This document shows positions 1 to 9,578 of a stretch of 59,440 bases of DNA, piece by piece. How positions within the stretch are numbered: position 1 is the stretch's first letter; each line of letters starts with the position of its first letter. The DNA is from Roseiarcus sp. (GTDB lineage: Bacteria; Pseudomonadota; Alphaproteobacteria; Rhizobiales; Beijerinckiaceae), in the NCBI GenBank assembly GCA_036502965.1, contig DASXXT010000098.1:1-59440 (forward strand), in the 5' to 3' direction. A model generated the notes under the pieces. The model had not been told where the DNA came from, searched no databases, and was given only the letters and a program-made list of their open reading frames with translations. The position numbers were made by a program, and so were the translations under genes.

Positions 1-353
1 TCTACACGGTCAGCGACCGCTGCAACGGCTGCCCTACGGGCTTCCCTGGCGGCCATCTTGCGCGCTGCGGGATCAACGCCGCTTGCGACCTCGCCAATGG
101 CCTCCTGCGCCCTCTTGCGTGCGGTTGCGAGGTCGACCGCAGGATATGAGCCAAGCGTCAGTTTCTTGGGTGCGCCGTCGACGCGATAGCGGACCGCCCA
201 ACTGCGCGCGCCGGACGGCTGATGAACCAAGTACAAGCCGGTGATCCGGTCGTCGGGAATCTCGCGCCGCTTCTCTGGCAGCGGCAGGGATTTGATCGTC
301 TGGTCGGACTTGATCCGCGTCGCTTTGGCGACCACCTGATTTTCCATCAACAT
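1..353 (-). CDS. Tyrosine recombinase/integrase, N-terminal arm-DNA-binding domain (partial; runs off the window edge)
   Basis: Not in the ORF track. Manual translation from ATG 353 (or 347): [95 protein letters not shown]. This is the typical P4-like integrase arm domain, and it lies next to a tRNA 3' fragment. Confidence 0.9.
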   Translation of the reverse strand, partial: MLMENQVVAKATRIKSDQTIKSLPLPEKRREIPDDRITGLYLVHQPSGARSWAVRYRVDGAPKKLTLGSYPAVDLATARKRAQEAIGEVASGVDPAARKMAAREARRAAVAAVADRV

Positions 354-510
354 GTTACCCCGCCCGATTAGGGTAACGCAAACTGGCCGTCTTGGCCCGT
401 TACCCGGTGTCCAAGACAGCTATGGACAAATCGGAGTTTTGTCAAGTGTTGCCGCGCTATTGAGGGAGACTGATTCCTGAATTGTCCGGCTGTGTCTTGT
501 ATCGGCACAT

Positions 511-557
511 GACTGTTAATCGAATGGTCGCAGGTTCGAGTCCTGCTCGGGGAGCCA
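511..557 (+). mobile_element. att site: duplicated 3' half of tRNA-Asn(GTT)
   Basis: GACTGTTAATCGAATGGTCGCAGGTTCGAGTCCTGCTCGGGGAGCCA contains the anticodon loop CTGTTAA, the T-arm GCAGG-TTCGAGT-CCTGC and a CCA end. No D-arm or 5' acceptor strand is present upstream. It lies about 160 bp from the integrase start. Confidence 0.88.
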
Positions 558-588
558 TTTTTATCAAGACCACGGATAGCGGGTCGTA

Positions 589-760
589 TCAGTTTCGAAC
601 TCGCATGGCTTCTCGTCGGACGTCCATCGCCGGCTTGTCTTCCCGGGAGCCGACGTAAAGCGCGTGCCGCAGGAGGCCGTCGGCCGTCCAGGTCAAATAG
701 GTGATCTCGACGACAAGCTTGGCTCGACCCAGTGCGCCCGAGAAAGAGCGCGAGCGGCCC
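589..760 (-). pseudogene. Remnant of an ATP-dependent DNA ligase (LigD/LigC-type) C-terminal OB domain
   Basis: Stitching across two frameshifts gives GPLAL/SRAHWVEP/KLVVEITYLTWTADGLLRHALYVGSREDKPAMDVRRE, matching the ligase HWVxPxLVxE...WT.DG.LR...REDK pattern. Confidence 0.75.
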
Positions 761-761
761 C

Positions 762-1805
762 TCAGATTGGAGGCGGCGTGTTGGCGAGAAGTCGCCGCTC
801 GAACTCCGCAAGCAACTTTCCAGCTCCCCAGCCCTCGCCGTCGCGGCCGGCTTTCAGCGCTTGGAGGATGCCGACCAGGTTCTCGTCGCGAATCCGCTCG
901 AGCTCGCGGATGGACAGGCCAGCTGCCTGCTTGTCCGACTGGGTCGCGATCTTCTCGATCAGAACTTCGTTAAGGTCGACGACGTTGGTGAGTTTGGTCC
1001 ATGGCCATTTGAGGCAGGGGCCGAACTGGGCGAGGAAATGGCGCATGCCGGCTTCGCCGCCGGCAATGCGGTAGGTCTGGAACAGACCCATCTGCGCCCA
1101 ACGCAGGCCAAAGGAATAGCGGATCACATCATCCAGTGTCTCGACGTCGCAGATATCGTCCTTGATCAGCCAGAGCGCCTCGCGCCATAGCGCCTCCAGC
1201 AGCCGGTCCCCGACGAAGGCCTCGATCTCGCGGGCGATGACCACGCCCTTCATGCCGATAGCGTCAAGAACGGCGCAGGCGCGGTCGATTGTCGCCGCAG
1301 CGGTCGCCGCGCCACCGACGATCTCGACCAGCGGGAGGAGATAGACCGGATTGTACGGGTGGGCGACAAACAGCCGCTCCGGGTGGGCGAGCCCCGCTTG
1401 GAGTTCTGAGGGTAGAAGGCCGGAAGTCGAGGACCCGACCAGCGCATCCGCCGGGCACGCGGCGTCGATCTCGGCGAGCACGCGACGCTTGAGATCGATA
1501 CGTTCGGGTATGCTCTCCTGCACCCATTCGGCGCCCGAGACTGCGTCGTCGAGGCTTGGACAGAAGGTCAGGCGCCCGCGGGACGGCAGAGGAGCGTTGG
1601 TCAGTAGGCCGTAAGCTCGTTCGGCATTGGCGATGACCTCGCCGACGACGCGTTCCGCCTCCGGATGCGGGTCGAACACTTTCACGTCGACGCCCGCCAG
1701 CAGAAGGCGGGCGATCCAGCCCCCGCCGATAACGCCGCCGCCGACGCAGGCTGCTCTCGACATAGGGGTGAGAGGTTTCGTGGGCGCGCTCATCGAACTC
1801 ATCAC
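762..1805 (-). CDS. lcdH: L-carnitine 3-dehydrogenase (3-hydroxyacyl-CoA dehydrogenase family)
   Basis: GGGVIGGGW Rossmann motif, SSTSG, HPYNPVYLLPLVE and FTYRIAGGEAGMRHFLAQFGP-like segments; adjacent to BKACE and GlxA genes. Confidence 0.85.
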   Translation of the reverse strand: MMSSMSAPTKPLTPMSRAACVGGGVIGGGWIARLLLAGVDVKVFDPHPEAERVVGEVIANAERAYGLLTNAPLPSRGRLTFCPSLDDAVSGAEWVQESIPERIDLKRRVLAEIDAACPADALVGSSTSGLLPSELQAGLAHPERLFVAHPYNPVYLLPLVEIVGGAATAAATIDRACAVLDAIGMKGVVIAREIEAFVGDRLLEALWREALWLIKDDICDVETLDDVIRYSFGLRWAQMGLFQTYRIAGGEAGMRHFLAQFGPCLKWPWTKLTNVVDLNEVLIEKIATQSDKQAAGLSIRELERIRDENLVGILQALKAGRDGEGWGAGKLLAEFERRLLANTPPPI

Positions 1806-1812
1806 GGCCTCC

Positions 1813-2715
1813 TCAGCGCTTCACCAGCTTGAGCCTCTCGCGGACATCCTGTGGGCCAATGATCCGGGCGCCCATCCCTGTCACGACGCTGGCGGCTTTT
1901 TCGACGAGTTGCGCATTGGTCGCGAGTTCGCCCTTGCCGACATAGAGGTTGTCCTCGAGCCCGACGCGGACATTGCCGCCGGCGAGCACGGCCGCCGCCG
2001 GATAGGCGAGGGCGTGGCGGCCGACTGAAAAGGCCGAAAAAATCCAACCTGCCGGCAGGTTGTTCACCATCGCCATGAAGGTGTTAATGTCGTCCGGGGC
2101 CCCCCACCGAATGCCCATGCAGAGCTGGACCAGCACGGGGTCTTCGACCAGCCCTTCGGCAGCGAGCTGCTGAGCGAACCATAGATGACCGGTATCGAAC
2201 GCCTCGATCTCCGGGCGCACCCCGAGCGCCGTGATCTGCCGCGCCATCTCGCGCAGCATCGAAGGCGTGTTGGTCATGACATAATCGCCAAGATTGAAAT
2301 TCATCGTTCCGCAGTCGAGGGTGCAGATCTCGGGAAGGCATTCCGCGACATGGGCGACACGTTCAGTAGCTCCTGCCATATCCGTGCCTGTTTCGTTGAC
2401 CGGAATGGGAGCTTCAACATTGCCGAGGACGAGGTCCCCACCCATGCCAGCGGTCAGGTTCAGGACAACGTCGACGTCGGCCGAGCGGATCCGGTCCGTC
2501 ACCTCGCGGTACAGATCCCGCCGGCGTGACGCGGCTCCGGTCTCCGAATCCCGGACATGGCAATGGACGACAGCGGCCCCGGCCTTGGCCGCGTTAATAG
2601 CTGATTCTGCGATCTGTTTCGGCGTGATTGGCACGTGCGGCGAGCTACCCACGGTGTCGCCCGCGCCAGTAACGGCGCAGGTAATGAAGACATCGCGATT
2701 CATCGACAACGGCAT
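1813..2715 (-). CDS. BKACE (DUF849) beta-keto acid cleavage enzyme, likely 3-dehydrocarnitine cleavage (CdhC-like)
   Basis: ITCAVTGAG, HCHVRD Zn motif, TLDCGTMNF and RVGLEDNLY; start taken at MPLSMNR. Confidence 0.9.
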   Translation of the reverse strand: MPLSMNRDVFITCAVTGAGDTVGSSPHVPITPKQIAESAINAAKAGAAVVHCHVRDSETGAASRRRDLYREVTDRIRSADVDVVLNLTAGMGGDLVLGNVEAPIPVNETGTDMAGATERVAHVAECLPEICTLDCGTMNFNLGDYVMTNTPSMLREMARQITALGVRPEIEAFDTGHLWFAQQLAAEGLVEDPVLVQLCMGIRWGAPDDINTFMAMVNNLPAGWIFSAFSVGRHALAYPAAAVLAGGNVRVGLEDNLYVGKGELATNAQLVEKAASVVTGMGARIIGPQDVRERLKLVKR

Positions 2716-2805
2716 GGCGGTCTCCAAATTACGCGGGAAACTTGACGGGAAAGGCGAAGCGTGACGCAACTCTTTGCGCAGTCCGTTTTCTCTTCTGCGA
2801 AAGCC

Positions 2806-3771
2806 ATGATCTTTGCCCATTCCGACTCGCCGTTGAACGTCACGCTGCTGCTGTTCCCCGGCCTTTCGCTCCTATCGCTCGCGGCGACGCTCGACCCTAT
2901 GCGTGGCGCCAATCGCGTGCTGGGTAGGCCTGCCTATTGCTGGAAGCTCACGTCTATCGACGGCAAAATGCCGGTTGCGAGTTGCGGGCTACCGATTCCA
3001 GTCGACGGCGTCTTTGATTCCGCCCAGCGGCAGGACGCGCTCATCCTGATCGCGGCCTTCGACGCGATGCGATTTGGGACGCCGCCGGTCCTGAGATTGC
3101 TGCGCGCCGGCGCCAAGCGCTCGGCTATTGTCGGCGGCATCGAATCCGGCCCCTGGCTGATGGGGATGGCAGGGCTGCTCGACGGACGCCGCGCAACAAC
3201 CCATTGGGAGGATCTTGAGGATTTTGCCGCGCGCTTTCCGAACGTGGACGTCCAACCGGATCGTTTCGTGGTGGATGAGCCAGTCTTCACGACGGGCGGC
3301 GCGACTCCCGCGCTCGATTGCCTGCTTTCGCTGATCCGCGCGCGCAACGGCTATTCGGCGGCCCTCGATGTCGCCAGCCTCTATATCTACGAAGAGGTGC
3401 GAACCGGCTCGGACGCGCAGCCGATCGTGTCGCTCGGACGGATCCGCCAGCACGAGCCGCGCGTCGCCGAGGCGATCCGAATCATGGAGACGCATATCGA
3501 CCGACCAGTGACGATCGCCGCCATCGCGCGCCGTGTCGGCGTCTCGACGCGAGCCCTGGAGACGCTGTTCCTGAAGATCGTCGACGCCTCCCCTGGGGCA
3601 TACTTTGTCGCGCTGCGCCTCAACGCAGCGAGACGCCTAGTGCTCGACACCAATCTTCCTATCGCCGAGGTTGCCGAGCGGAGCGGCTTTTCCGCCATCG
3701 CTTCCCTGTCACGAGCTTTCAGGCGGCAATTCGGCGCGCCACCGTCCGCGGCGCGCCGTTCGAGACTCTGA
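2806..3771 (+). CDS. GlxA/CdhR-type AraC transcriptional regulator with GATase-like domain
   Basis: DPMRGANR, GLLDGRRATTHWED and a C-terminal AraC double HTH; divergent from the carnitine genes. Confidence 0.88.
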   Translation: MIFAHSDSPLNVTLLLFPGLSLLSLAATLDPMRGANRVLGRPAYCWKLTSIDGKMPVASCGLPIPVDGVFDSAQRQDALILIAAFDAMRFGTPPVLRLLRAGAKRSAIVGGIESGPWLMGMAGLLDGRRATTHWEDLEDFAARFPNVDVQPDRFVVDEPVFTTGGATPALDCLLSLIRARNGYSAALDVASLYIYEEVRTGSDAQPIVSLGRIRQHEPRVAEAIRIMETHIDRPVTIAAIARRVGVSTRALETLFLKIVDASPGAYFVALRLNAARRLVLDTNLPIAEVAERSGFSAIASLSRAFRRQFGAPPSAARRSRL

Positions 3772-3795
3772 GGGCAGAGCGCTGTCTGCCCTCGA

Positions 3796-4740
3796 CTACA
3801 GACCAAGCCCGCTCTTCACTGCTGCAAGCCCCGACTTGCCGTCGATCGTCGTCACGCCGTCAAGCCATTTGGCCAGCGCGGCCGGGTTCGCCTTCATCCA
3901 GGCGCGCACAGCGGCATCGGGCTGCATGCCCTGGTCGAGGATGTCGCTCATCAGGCGATTTTCGATGGCGGAGTCGAAGGTGAGGTTCGATAGCAAACGC
4001 TCGACATTAGGACACTCTTTCGCGTATCCGGCTCGGGTCAACGTGACAACGGTGGCGCCGCCATCATTCGGCCCGAAAACGTCGTTGCCCTTCTGGAGAT
4101 AGACCATCGGCAAATTGACATTCATCGGATGCGGTTGCCAGCCGAAGAAGACGACGGGCTTGCCTTCCTTGATCCGATGCGCGGTTTCGGAAAGCATCGC
4201 CTGTTCGCTGGATTCGACAAGCTTGAAACCGCCGAGGCCGAACGTATTGTCCGAGATCATCTTCGAGATGGTGCCGTTGGCGCCACTGCCAGGCTCGATG
4301 CCATAGAGCTTGCCGTCGAGCCGGTCCTTGAAGCGGGCGATATCGGCATAGGTCTTCAGCCCTGCGTCATAGGCGGCTTTGGAGGTCGCGAAACCGATTC
4401 GGGCGTCGCTGAGGTTGTTCGCCGCGACGTCGACCTTGCCAGCCTTGACCAGCGGCGCCTGGCTTGGCTCCTGCAGCGGCATCCAGTTGCCGAGAAACAC
4501 ATCGATGTCGCCGTTTTCGAGCGACTTGAAGGTGACGGCCACCGACAGGACTGTGATGTTCGGCTTATAACCGAGGCCGGTCAAAATCTGGTTCGCGATC
4601 TGCGTGGTGGCGGTAATGTCGGTCCAGCCGACGTCCGAAAAATGCGGTTTGGCGCAGGAGGCCGCGTCGCCAGCATAGACGGTGGACGAGACAAGCGCGG
4701 CCGAGAGGCTGAGGCACGCAACGAGACTGCGTAAAATCAT
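3796..4740 (-). CDS. choX: Choline/betaine/carnitine ABC substrate-binding protein (OpuAC family)
   Basis: Signal peptide, FSDVGWTDITATT, DVFLGNWMP, YGIEPG and GWQPHPMN; RBS AGGAGG upstream. Confidence 0.8.
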   Translation of the reverse strand: MILRSLVACLSLSAALVSSTVYAGDAASCAKPHFSDVGWTDITATTQIANQILTGLGYKPNITVLSVAVTFKSLENGDIDVFLGNWMPLQEPSQAPLVKAGKVDVAANNLSDARIGFATSKAAYDAGLKTYADIARFKDRLDGKLYGIEPGSGANGTISKMISDNTFGLGGFKLVESSEQAMLSETAHRIKEGKPVVFFGWQPHPMNVNLPMVYLQKGNDVFGPNDGGATVVTLTRAGYAKECPNVERLLSNLTFDSAIENRLMSDILDQGMQPDAAVRAWMKANPAALAKWLDGVTTIDGKSGLAAVKSGLGL

Positions 4741-5022
4741 TGGGCTCCCTCCTGTTGGCGGTGATGCGCTTCCGCCACGCGGAAGTTTAGCCCCGGCGCT
4801 GCGCGTCGCTTGACCTCTTTTGAAGCACCGATGACCGAATGCGAAGTCTCTGCCGCGCAGAGCATAGCTTCCGTCGCGGCCGGTACGGCGCCGCGTGATT
4901 TGCCCTTGGAGGGAGTCGGTTTGGCTCCTTCGCGGCGGCGGGCCGCGATGTTGCTCCGGTCGATCCATTTGGGTTTTCTTCGCTCGTCGCCGTTGCGCTG
5001 CGAAAGGCCCCGCTTAGGAGCG

Positions 5023-5100
5023 TTGGATTTCCTTGGATTTCCTCGTACGAATCGAGACTTTTCAATGGGTTACGCAGCTTGAAGCGGGAAAATTTTTTCT
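5023..5100. repeat. Dispersed intergenic repeat, copy A
   Basis: TTGGATTTCC occurs twice, followed by core CGAATCGAGACTTTTCAATGGGTTAC (5048-5073), which is 25/26 identical to 45691-45716. Confidence 0.7.
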
Positions 5101-5366
5101 CGGCCCTTTTCCTGGCATTGAGAGGCGCCGGAACGGGGACGATGCGGAAGTGCAGGATTGTTCATGGGGCAAGCTTACCCCAGTTTCTGATTTTCTGCAA
5201 TAGATTGTCGTCCGCGCCACAGCCTTTCGGCCGCCTCAATCCAAAAGCAGCTCGCGGTGGTCGAAGGCCCTGTATACTGAAACCAACTGCAACCTTAGAG
5301 TGTGATCGTATCACCCCCGATGCGAATTCGAATCTGCAGGACCCCGAGACGCTTCCAATGGTCAAC

Positions 5367-5993
5367 TTACGCCGGCTCCCGGACCCGGGCTTGAGCCGGG
5401 CCTCGGTGGCGAATTTCTGTGCCAAGCACTTTCAAGCATTCCCGAATGAAAGCCGCGAGCGCTGTCCACCCCTTGGCCGACACCATCGTACCGTCGACAT
5501 AGGCCTCTGTGGGCGAAAGGTCGACGTAGGTCCCCCCCGCGAGCGTCACCTCGGGTTCGCAAGCGCCTAGCGCTCCAACCTTCTTGCCACGCACAACGCC
5601 GTCCACGGCCACCAATATCTGGACACCGTGGCAGATCGTAAAGATCGGCTTGTCGGCCTCGTGAAAATGGCGGACCATCGCCTGAACCCGTTTGTCAGTC
5701 CGGATGTATTCAGGACCGCGGCCCCCGGCGCAATAGACTGCGTCATACCCACTCAACTCCTTCTCGGCCCCCGAGAAGGTCTTGTTGATCGTGAAGAAGT
5801 GGCCAAGCTTCTCGGTATAGGTCTGATCGCCCTCGAAATCGTGCAACGAGGTCTTGATGCGATCGCCGGCCTTCTTGTCCGGGCACACGGCGTGCACTGT
5901 ATGACCGACTGCTTCCATCGCCTGCTGATAGACGAAGATCTCGTATTCCTCTGTAAATTCACCGGCTAGCATGAGAATCTTTTTGCCTGACAT
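5367..5993 (-). CDS. DJ-1/PfpI family protein
   Basis: KKILMLAGEFTEEYE, AGGRGPEYIR and the nucleophile elbow TICHG. Confidence 0.9.
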   Translation of the reverse strand: MSGKKILMLAGEFTEEYEIFVYQQAMEAVGHTVHAVCPDKKAGDRIKTSLHDFEGDQTYTEKLGHFFTINKTFSGAEKELSGYDAVYCAGGRGPEYIRTDKRVQAMVRHFHEADKPIFTICHGVQILVAVDGVVRGKKVGALGACEPEVTLAGGTYVDLSPTEAYVDGTMVSAKGWTALAAFIRECLKVLGTEIRHRGPAQARVREPA

Positions 5994-6075
5994 CGTTGGG
6001 TCTCCTCACGTTAATCGCAGGGCGGCGCAACCCGCCCGAGATTATTCGCAGCTATTCGCCGCTCGTTTTAATGGC

Positions 6076-7134
6076 TCATACTTCGATGCCGAGCGCGTGC
6101 TTGACAGCGGACTGATCGGCGCCTTGGTCGATGAAGTCTTCGAAGGTCGACTGACTCACCTCGATGAGATGCTTCTTGATAAACTCAGCTCCCTCCCGCG
6201 CCCCGTCGTCGCGGTTCTTGATCGCGCATTCCCACTCGAGCACCGCCCAGCTCTCATATCCATAGACGGATAGGCTGGAGAAGATCGCGCCGAAATCGAT
6301 GTCGCCGTCGCCGAGCGAGCGGAAGCGGCCCGCGCGGTGCGGCCATTCAGAGTAGCTCGAGTAAACCCCCTGCTTTGGCGACGGACGAAACTCCGCGTCC
6401 TTCACATGAAAGGCTTTGATGCGCTCGTGGTAAACGTCGATGAATCCAACGTAGTCGAGCGCCTGCAAGCGGAAATGCGACGGATCGTAATTAATGCAGC
6501 AGCGCTTATGGCCCTTGAGCTTGTCGAGGAAACGCTCGAAGGTCACCCCATCGAATAGATCCTCCCCCGGATGCAGTTCGAAGGCGACGTCGATGCCTTC
6601 GTCCTCGTGCGCGTCAAGAATCGGTTTCCAGCGGCGAGCCAGCTCGTCGAACGCGGTCTCAATGAGGCGCGCCGGAAGCGGCGGCCAAGGATAGAGGAAC
6701 GGCCAAGCGAGAGCGCCCGAAAACGTCACATGGGTCTTGAGATCCATGTTGCGGCTTGCTTTTGCGGCGAGCGTAACCTGCTCTGTCGCCCATTCTTGCC
6801 GCGCCTTCGGATTGCGACGCACATGTTTGGCGGCGAACGCGTCGAAAGCCTGATCATATACGGGATTGACCGCAACGAGCTGGCCCTGCAGGTGGGTTGC
6901 GAGCTCGGTGATCTCGACACCGTGCTTCTTGGCGGTCCCGGTAAGTTCTTGGCAGTAGCCAACGCTTGCGGCGGCTTTCTTGAGGTCGATGAACCGGCCG
7001 TCCCATGCCGGAATCTGCACGCCCTTGTAGCCGAGGCTCGCCGCCCAGCCGCAGATAGAGTCGAAGGTGTTGAACGGCGCCGCGTCACCCGCGAACTGGG
7101 CGAGGAAGATTGCGGGTCCCTTGATCGATTTCAA
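6076..7134 (-). CDS. Sugar phosphate isomerase/epimerase (xylose-isomerase-like TIM barrel)
   Basis: Probable TTG start (MKSIKGPAIFLAQF) after AAAGGA; metal motifs ELHPGED, YDPSH, HVKDAE and VLEWE. Confidence 0.85.
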   Translation of the reverse strand: MKSIKGPAIFLAQFAGDAAPFNTFDSICGWAASLGYKGVQIPAWDGRFIDLKKAAASVGYCQELTGTAKKHGVEITELATHLQGQLVAVNPVYDQAFDAFAAKHVRRNPKARQEWATEQVTLAAKASRNMDLKTHVTFSGALAWPFLYPWPPLPARLIETAFDELARRWKPILDAHEDEGIDVAFELHPGEDLFDGVTFERFLDKLKGHKRCCINYDPSHFRLQALDYVGFIDVYHERIKAFHVKDAEFRPSPKQGVYSSYSEWPHRAGRFRSLGDGDIDFGAIFSSLSVYGYESWAVLEWECAIKNRDDGAREGAEFIKKHLIEVSQSTFEDFIDQGADQSAVKHALGIEV

Positions 7135-7168
7135 GTCGATTTGTCCTTTTCGCGTACTGAACGCCGGG

Positions 7169-8017
7169 TCAGGCTTTGGCCCATTCCTCGCGTAGGAATT
7201 TACCCCCGAACTGGTAGACCTCCTCGCGGTTGGGGAAGAAGTCGCGCCAGACCCGCGTTGCCGCGGCCAAGTCTGGTAAAGCCCGCCCAAAGGCTTCGAT
7301 CACGCACCAGCCGTCGTAACCGCTATGTTTGAGCGCCTTCATCGTCGCCACCCAGGGAACATGGCCTTTGCCGGGCGTCCCGCGGTCGTTCTCGGAGAAG
7401 TGCACATGATTGATCTGAGCGATATTGGGAGCGATGACCCCGACCGGATCCTTCTCCTCGATATTGGCGTGGAATGTGTCGTATAGGAGTCCATAGTTAG
7501 GTTCGCTCACTTGCCTAACGACGTCGGCTGAATCCGCGACCGTATTGAGCACGTAGCACTCGAAGCGATTTAGGGGCTCAACCGAAAGCTTAATGTTGTG
7601 TCGCGCCGCATAAACAGCGGCGTCTTTATGCACGCCCACAACATTGGCGCGTTCGGCTTTCGTCGGCGGCTCGCCGGTGAAGACGCCGAGCGGCTGGTAG
7701 AACGGTCCGCAAAGCGTCTCCCCGCTCGCGGCCACCAGACAGTCGATTGCCCATTTGAGATGATCGAGTCCGGCGGAGCGGATCGCTGGACCTGCGCTGA
7801 CGCAATTGCGCTCTGCGTCTGGGATGACCGTAACCGCCGTAGCCCGAAGGCCGTTGTCACGGATCGCTCGACCGACTGTGCGGAAGTGATCTGGCGTTCC
7901 TTCAAAGATAGGAAGCTCCACCCCATCAAAGCCCGCCCGCTTGATGCCCGCGAACAAGGGAAAGTGCTCCTCGGTGATATGCGTCGACCACAAGAGCATG
8001 TTGAAGCCTAGCAGCAC
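7169..8017 (-). CDS. Ketose 3-epimerase (D-psicose/D-tagatose epimerase-like TIM barrel)
   Basis: EPLNRFE, DTFHANIEE, HFSENDRGTPGKG and IEAF. Confidence 0.85.
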   Translation of the reverse strand: MLLGFNMLLWSTHITEEHFPLFAGIKRAGFDGVELPIFEGTPDHFRTVGRAIRDNGLRATAVTVIPDAERNCVSAGPAIRSAGLDHLKWAIDCLVAASGETLCGPFYQPLGVFTGEPPTKAERANVVGVHKDAAVYAARHNIKLSVEPLNRFECYVLNTVADSADVVRQVSEPNYGLLYDTFHANIEEKDPVGVIAPNIAQINHVHFSENDRGTPGKGHVPWVATMKALKHSGYDGWCVIEAFGRALPDLAAATRVWRDFFPNREEVYQFGGKFLREEWAKA

Positions 8018-8054
8018 TCTTTCCTCCCTGTATTTGAACGCGGGCCAATCGATC

Positions 8055-8489
8055 TCAGCGTCTTAAGAGCGACGTGAGAAGTGCGGCGAGCGCCACGGCG
8101 ATCGCCGCGACGCCCCAGACGAACGGCTGACGATAGAACGGCTCACTCGTATCCGGCGCGACAGCGTTCACAAAAAAGACGCCATAGAGATAGGCCGCAA
8201 CGATCGAGATAAGCATGACCACGAAGAAGGCCAGCGCCACGATGACGCCGGCCGCGACGAGCGACCGCAGGGTCGTTCCCGGCTGACACAACGGCAAGAG
8301 GTTGTTGGCGAGGCCGGCAAAGACAACAAGCGCGCAACCGATCCCGAACAGCGTCAAGCTGAACGGCTGGAAGATCAGCGCTAGCGCAAGAATCCCGAGC
8401 CCTATGAGGCCCCACTCGAGGCGCTGCGCGGTCGCGGGGCTCATGCCACCGAGCGCTCTTTTGGCCGCCATAGCCACTTCATTGCTCAT
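8055..8489 (-). CDS. Small multi-pass membrane protein in the ABC operon
   Basis: About four hydrophobic segments; ATGA overlap with the upstream ATPase. Confidence 0.7.
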   Translation of the reverse strand: MSNEVAMAAKRALGGMSPATAQRLEWGLIGLGILALALIFQPFSLTLFGIGCALVVFAGLANNLLPLCQPGTTLRSLVAAGVIVALAFFVVMLISIVAAYLYGVFFVNAVAPDTSEPFYRQPFVWGVAAIAVALAALLTSLLRR

Positions 8490-9574
8490 GTGCGGACCGC
8501 CTTTCCCGAACTGTCAAACACATGCGTCTCGCGCGCGTCCGTGCGAAGGCTAAGCGCATCTCCCGACTTGACCTTGATCTCGCGCGGCACAACGACCCGT
8601 AGGTCGCTGCCAAGCGGCGTTCGGGCGTGGATAAGAGTCTCAGCGCCCATTGGCTCGATCAGTTCCGCGCGCCCGGCGATCGTATCGGCGCTTCCGGCAC
8701 CGTCGGGGATGAGCGCGCGGGGCCGGATGCCGATTGTGACCTGTCCCTTTGCGAGTTTCTTCACCGCCGGATCCACTGGAAGGCGGATCGGCTGGCCGTC
8801 GACAGTGAACCGCCCGTGCGGCCCCTCGACGCCATCGAACTGCGCGGGGAGGAGGTTCATCTGCGGCGTCCCGATAAAGCTCGCGACGAATAGCGTGGTC
8901 GGCCTCGCGAACACCTCGTGGGGCGAAGCGATCTGCTCGATGACGCCGTCGCGCATGATCGCAATCCGGTCAGCCATCGTCAGGGCCTCGAGCTGATCGT
9001 GGGTGACGATCACAGTCGCCTTCGAGAGCCCGGTTAGAACGCTCTTGATCTGGCCCCGCATGGTCTGGCGGAGCTCGATGTCGAGCCGGCTTAAAGGCTC
9101 GTCGAACAAAAAACAGTTCGGATCACGGACCACCGCCCGCGCGACCGCCACGCGCTGCTTCTCGCCTTCTGAGATATGGTTCGGCAAACGATTGAGCACC
9201 GGTTCGAGTTGGAGCATGCGCGCCACCCGCGCCACTCGGTCCGAACCAGTTTGCGCGTCAAGACCCTCGACGTGCAACGGAAACATGATGTTCTCGCGCA
9301 CAGTCAGCGCCGGATAGAGCGCATAAAACTGGAACACCATCGCGATGTCGCGCTGGTCGGGCCTGAGGTCATTCATCCGCTTTCCAGCGATGACGACGTC
9401 GCCGGCGCTTGCGCGCTCAAGCCCCGCGATAATGCGCAAGGTTGTCGTTTTGCCGCATCCGGAGGGACCCAAGAGGCACACGACCTCTCCCGCCGAGACC
9501 CCGAGGCTCACATTCTTGACGGCGGTGAATCCGCCGAAATGCTTTGTGACGCCCTTAAGTTCGATCGTCGACAT
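8486..9574 (-). CDS. CUT1 sugar ABC ATPase (MalK-like)
   Basis: GPSGCGKT, FLFDEP and VTHDQ; degenerate signature ISEGE. Confidence 0.92.
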   Translation of the reverse strand: MSTIELKGVTKHFGGFTAVKNVSLGVSAGEVVCLLGPSGCGKTTTLRIIAGLERASAGDVVIAGKRMNDLRPDQRDIAMVFQFYALYPALTVRENIMFPLHVEGLDAQTGSDRVARVARMLQLEPVLNRLPNHISEGEKQRVAVARAVVRDPNCFLFDEPLSRLDIELRQTMRGQIKSVLTGLSKATVIVTHDQLEALTMADRIAIMRDGVIEQIASPHEVFARPTTLFVASFIGTPQMNLLPAQFDGVEGPHGRFTVDGQPIRLPVDPAVKKLAKGQVTIGIRPRALIPDGAGSADTIAGRAELIEPMGAETLIHARTPLGSDLRVVVPREIKVKSGDALSLRTDARETHVFDSSGKAVRT

Positions 9575-9578
9575 TAGG

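Noticed and set aside
481-557. Complete tRNA-Asn gene
   Set aside because: There is no 5' acceptor strand or D-arm, and the anticodon stem pairs for only 2 bp; treated as an att duplicate.
368-811. 147-aa minus-strand ORF
   Set aside because: It reads through the ligase remnant out of frame and the antisense of the tRNA fragment (SPSRTRTCDHSINS); spurious.
5079-5570. 163-aa plus-strand ORF
   Set aside because: It starts inside the dispersed repeat and overlaps the DJ-1 gene antisense; no recognisable motif.
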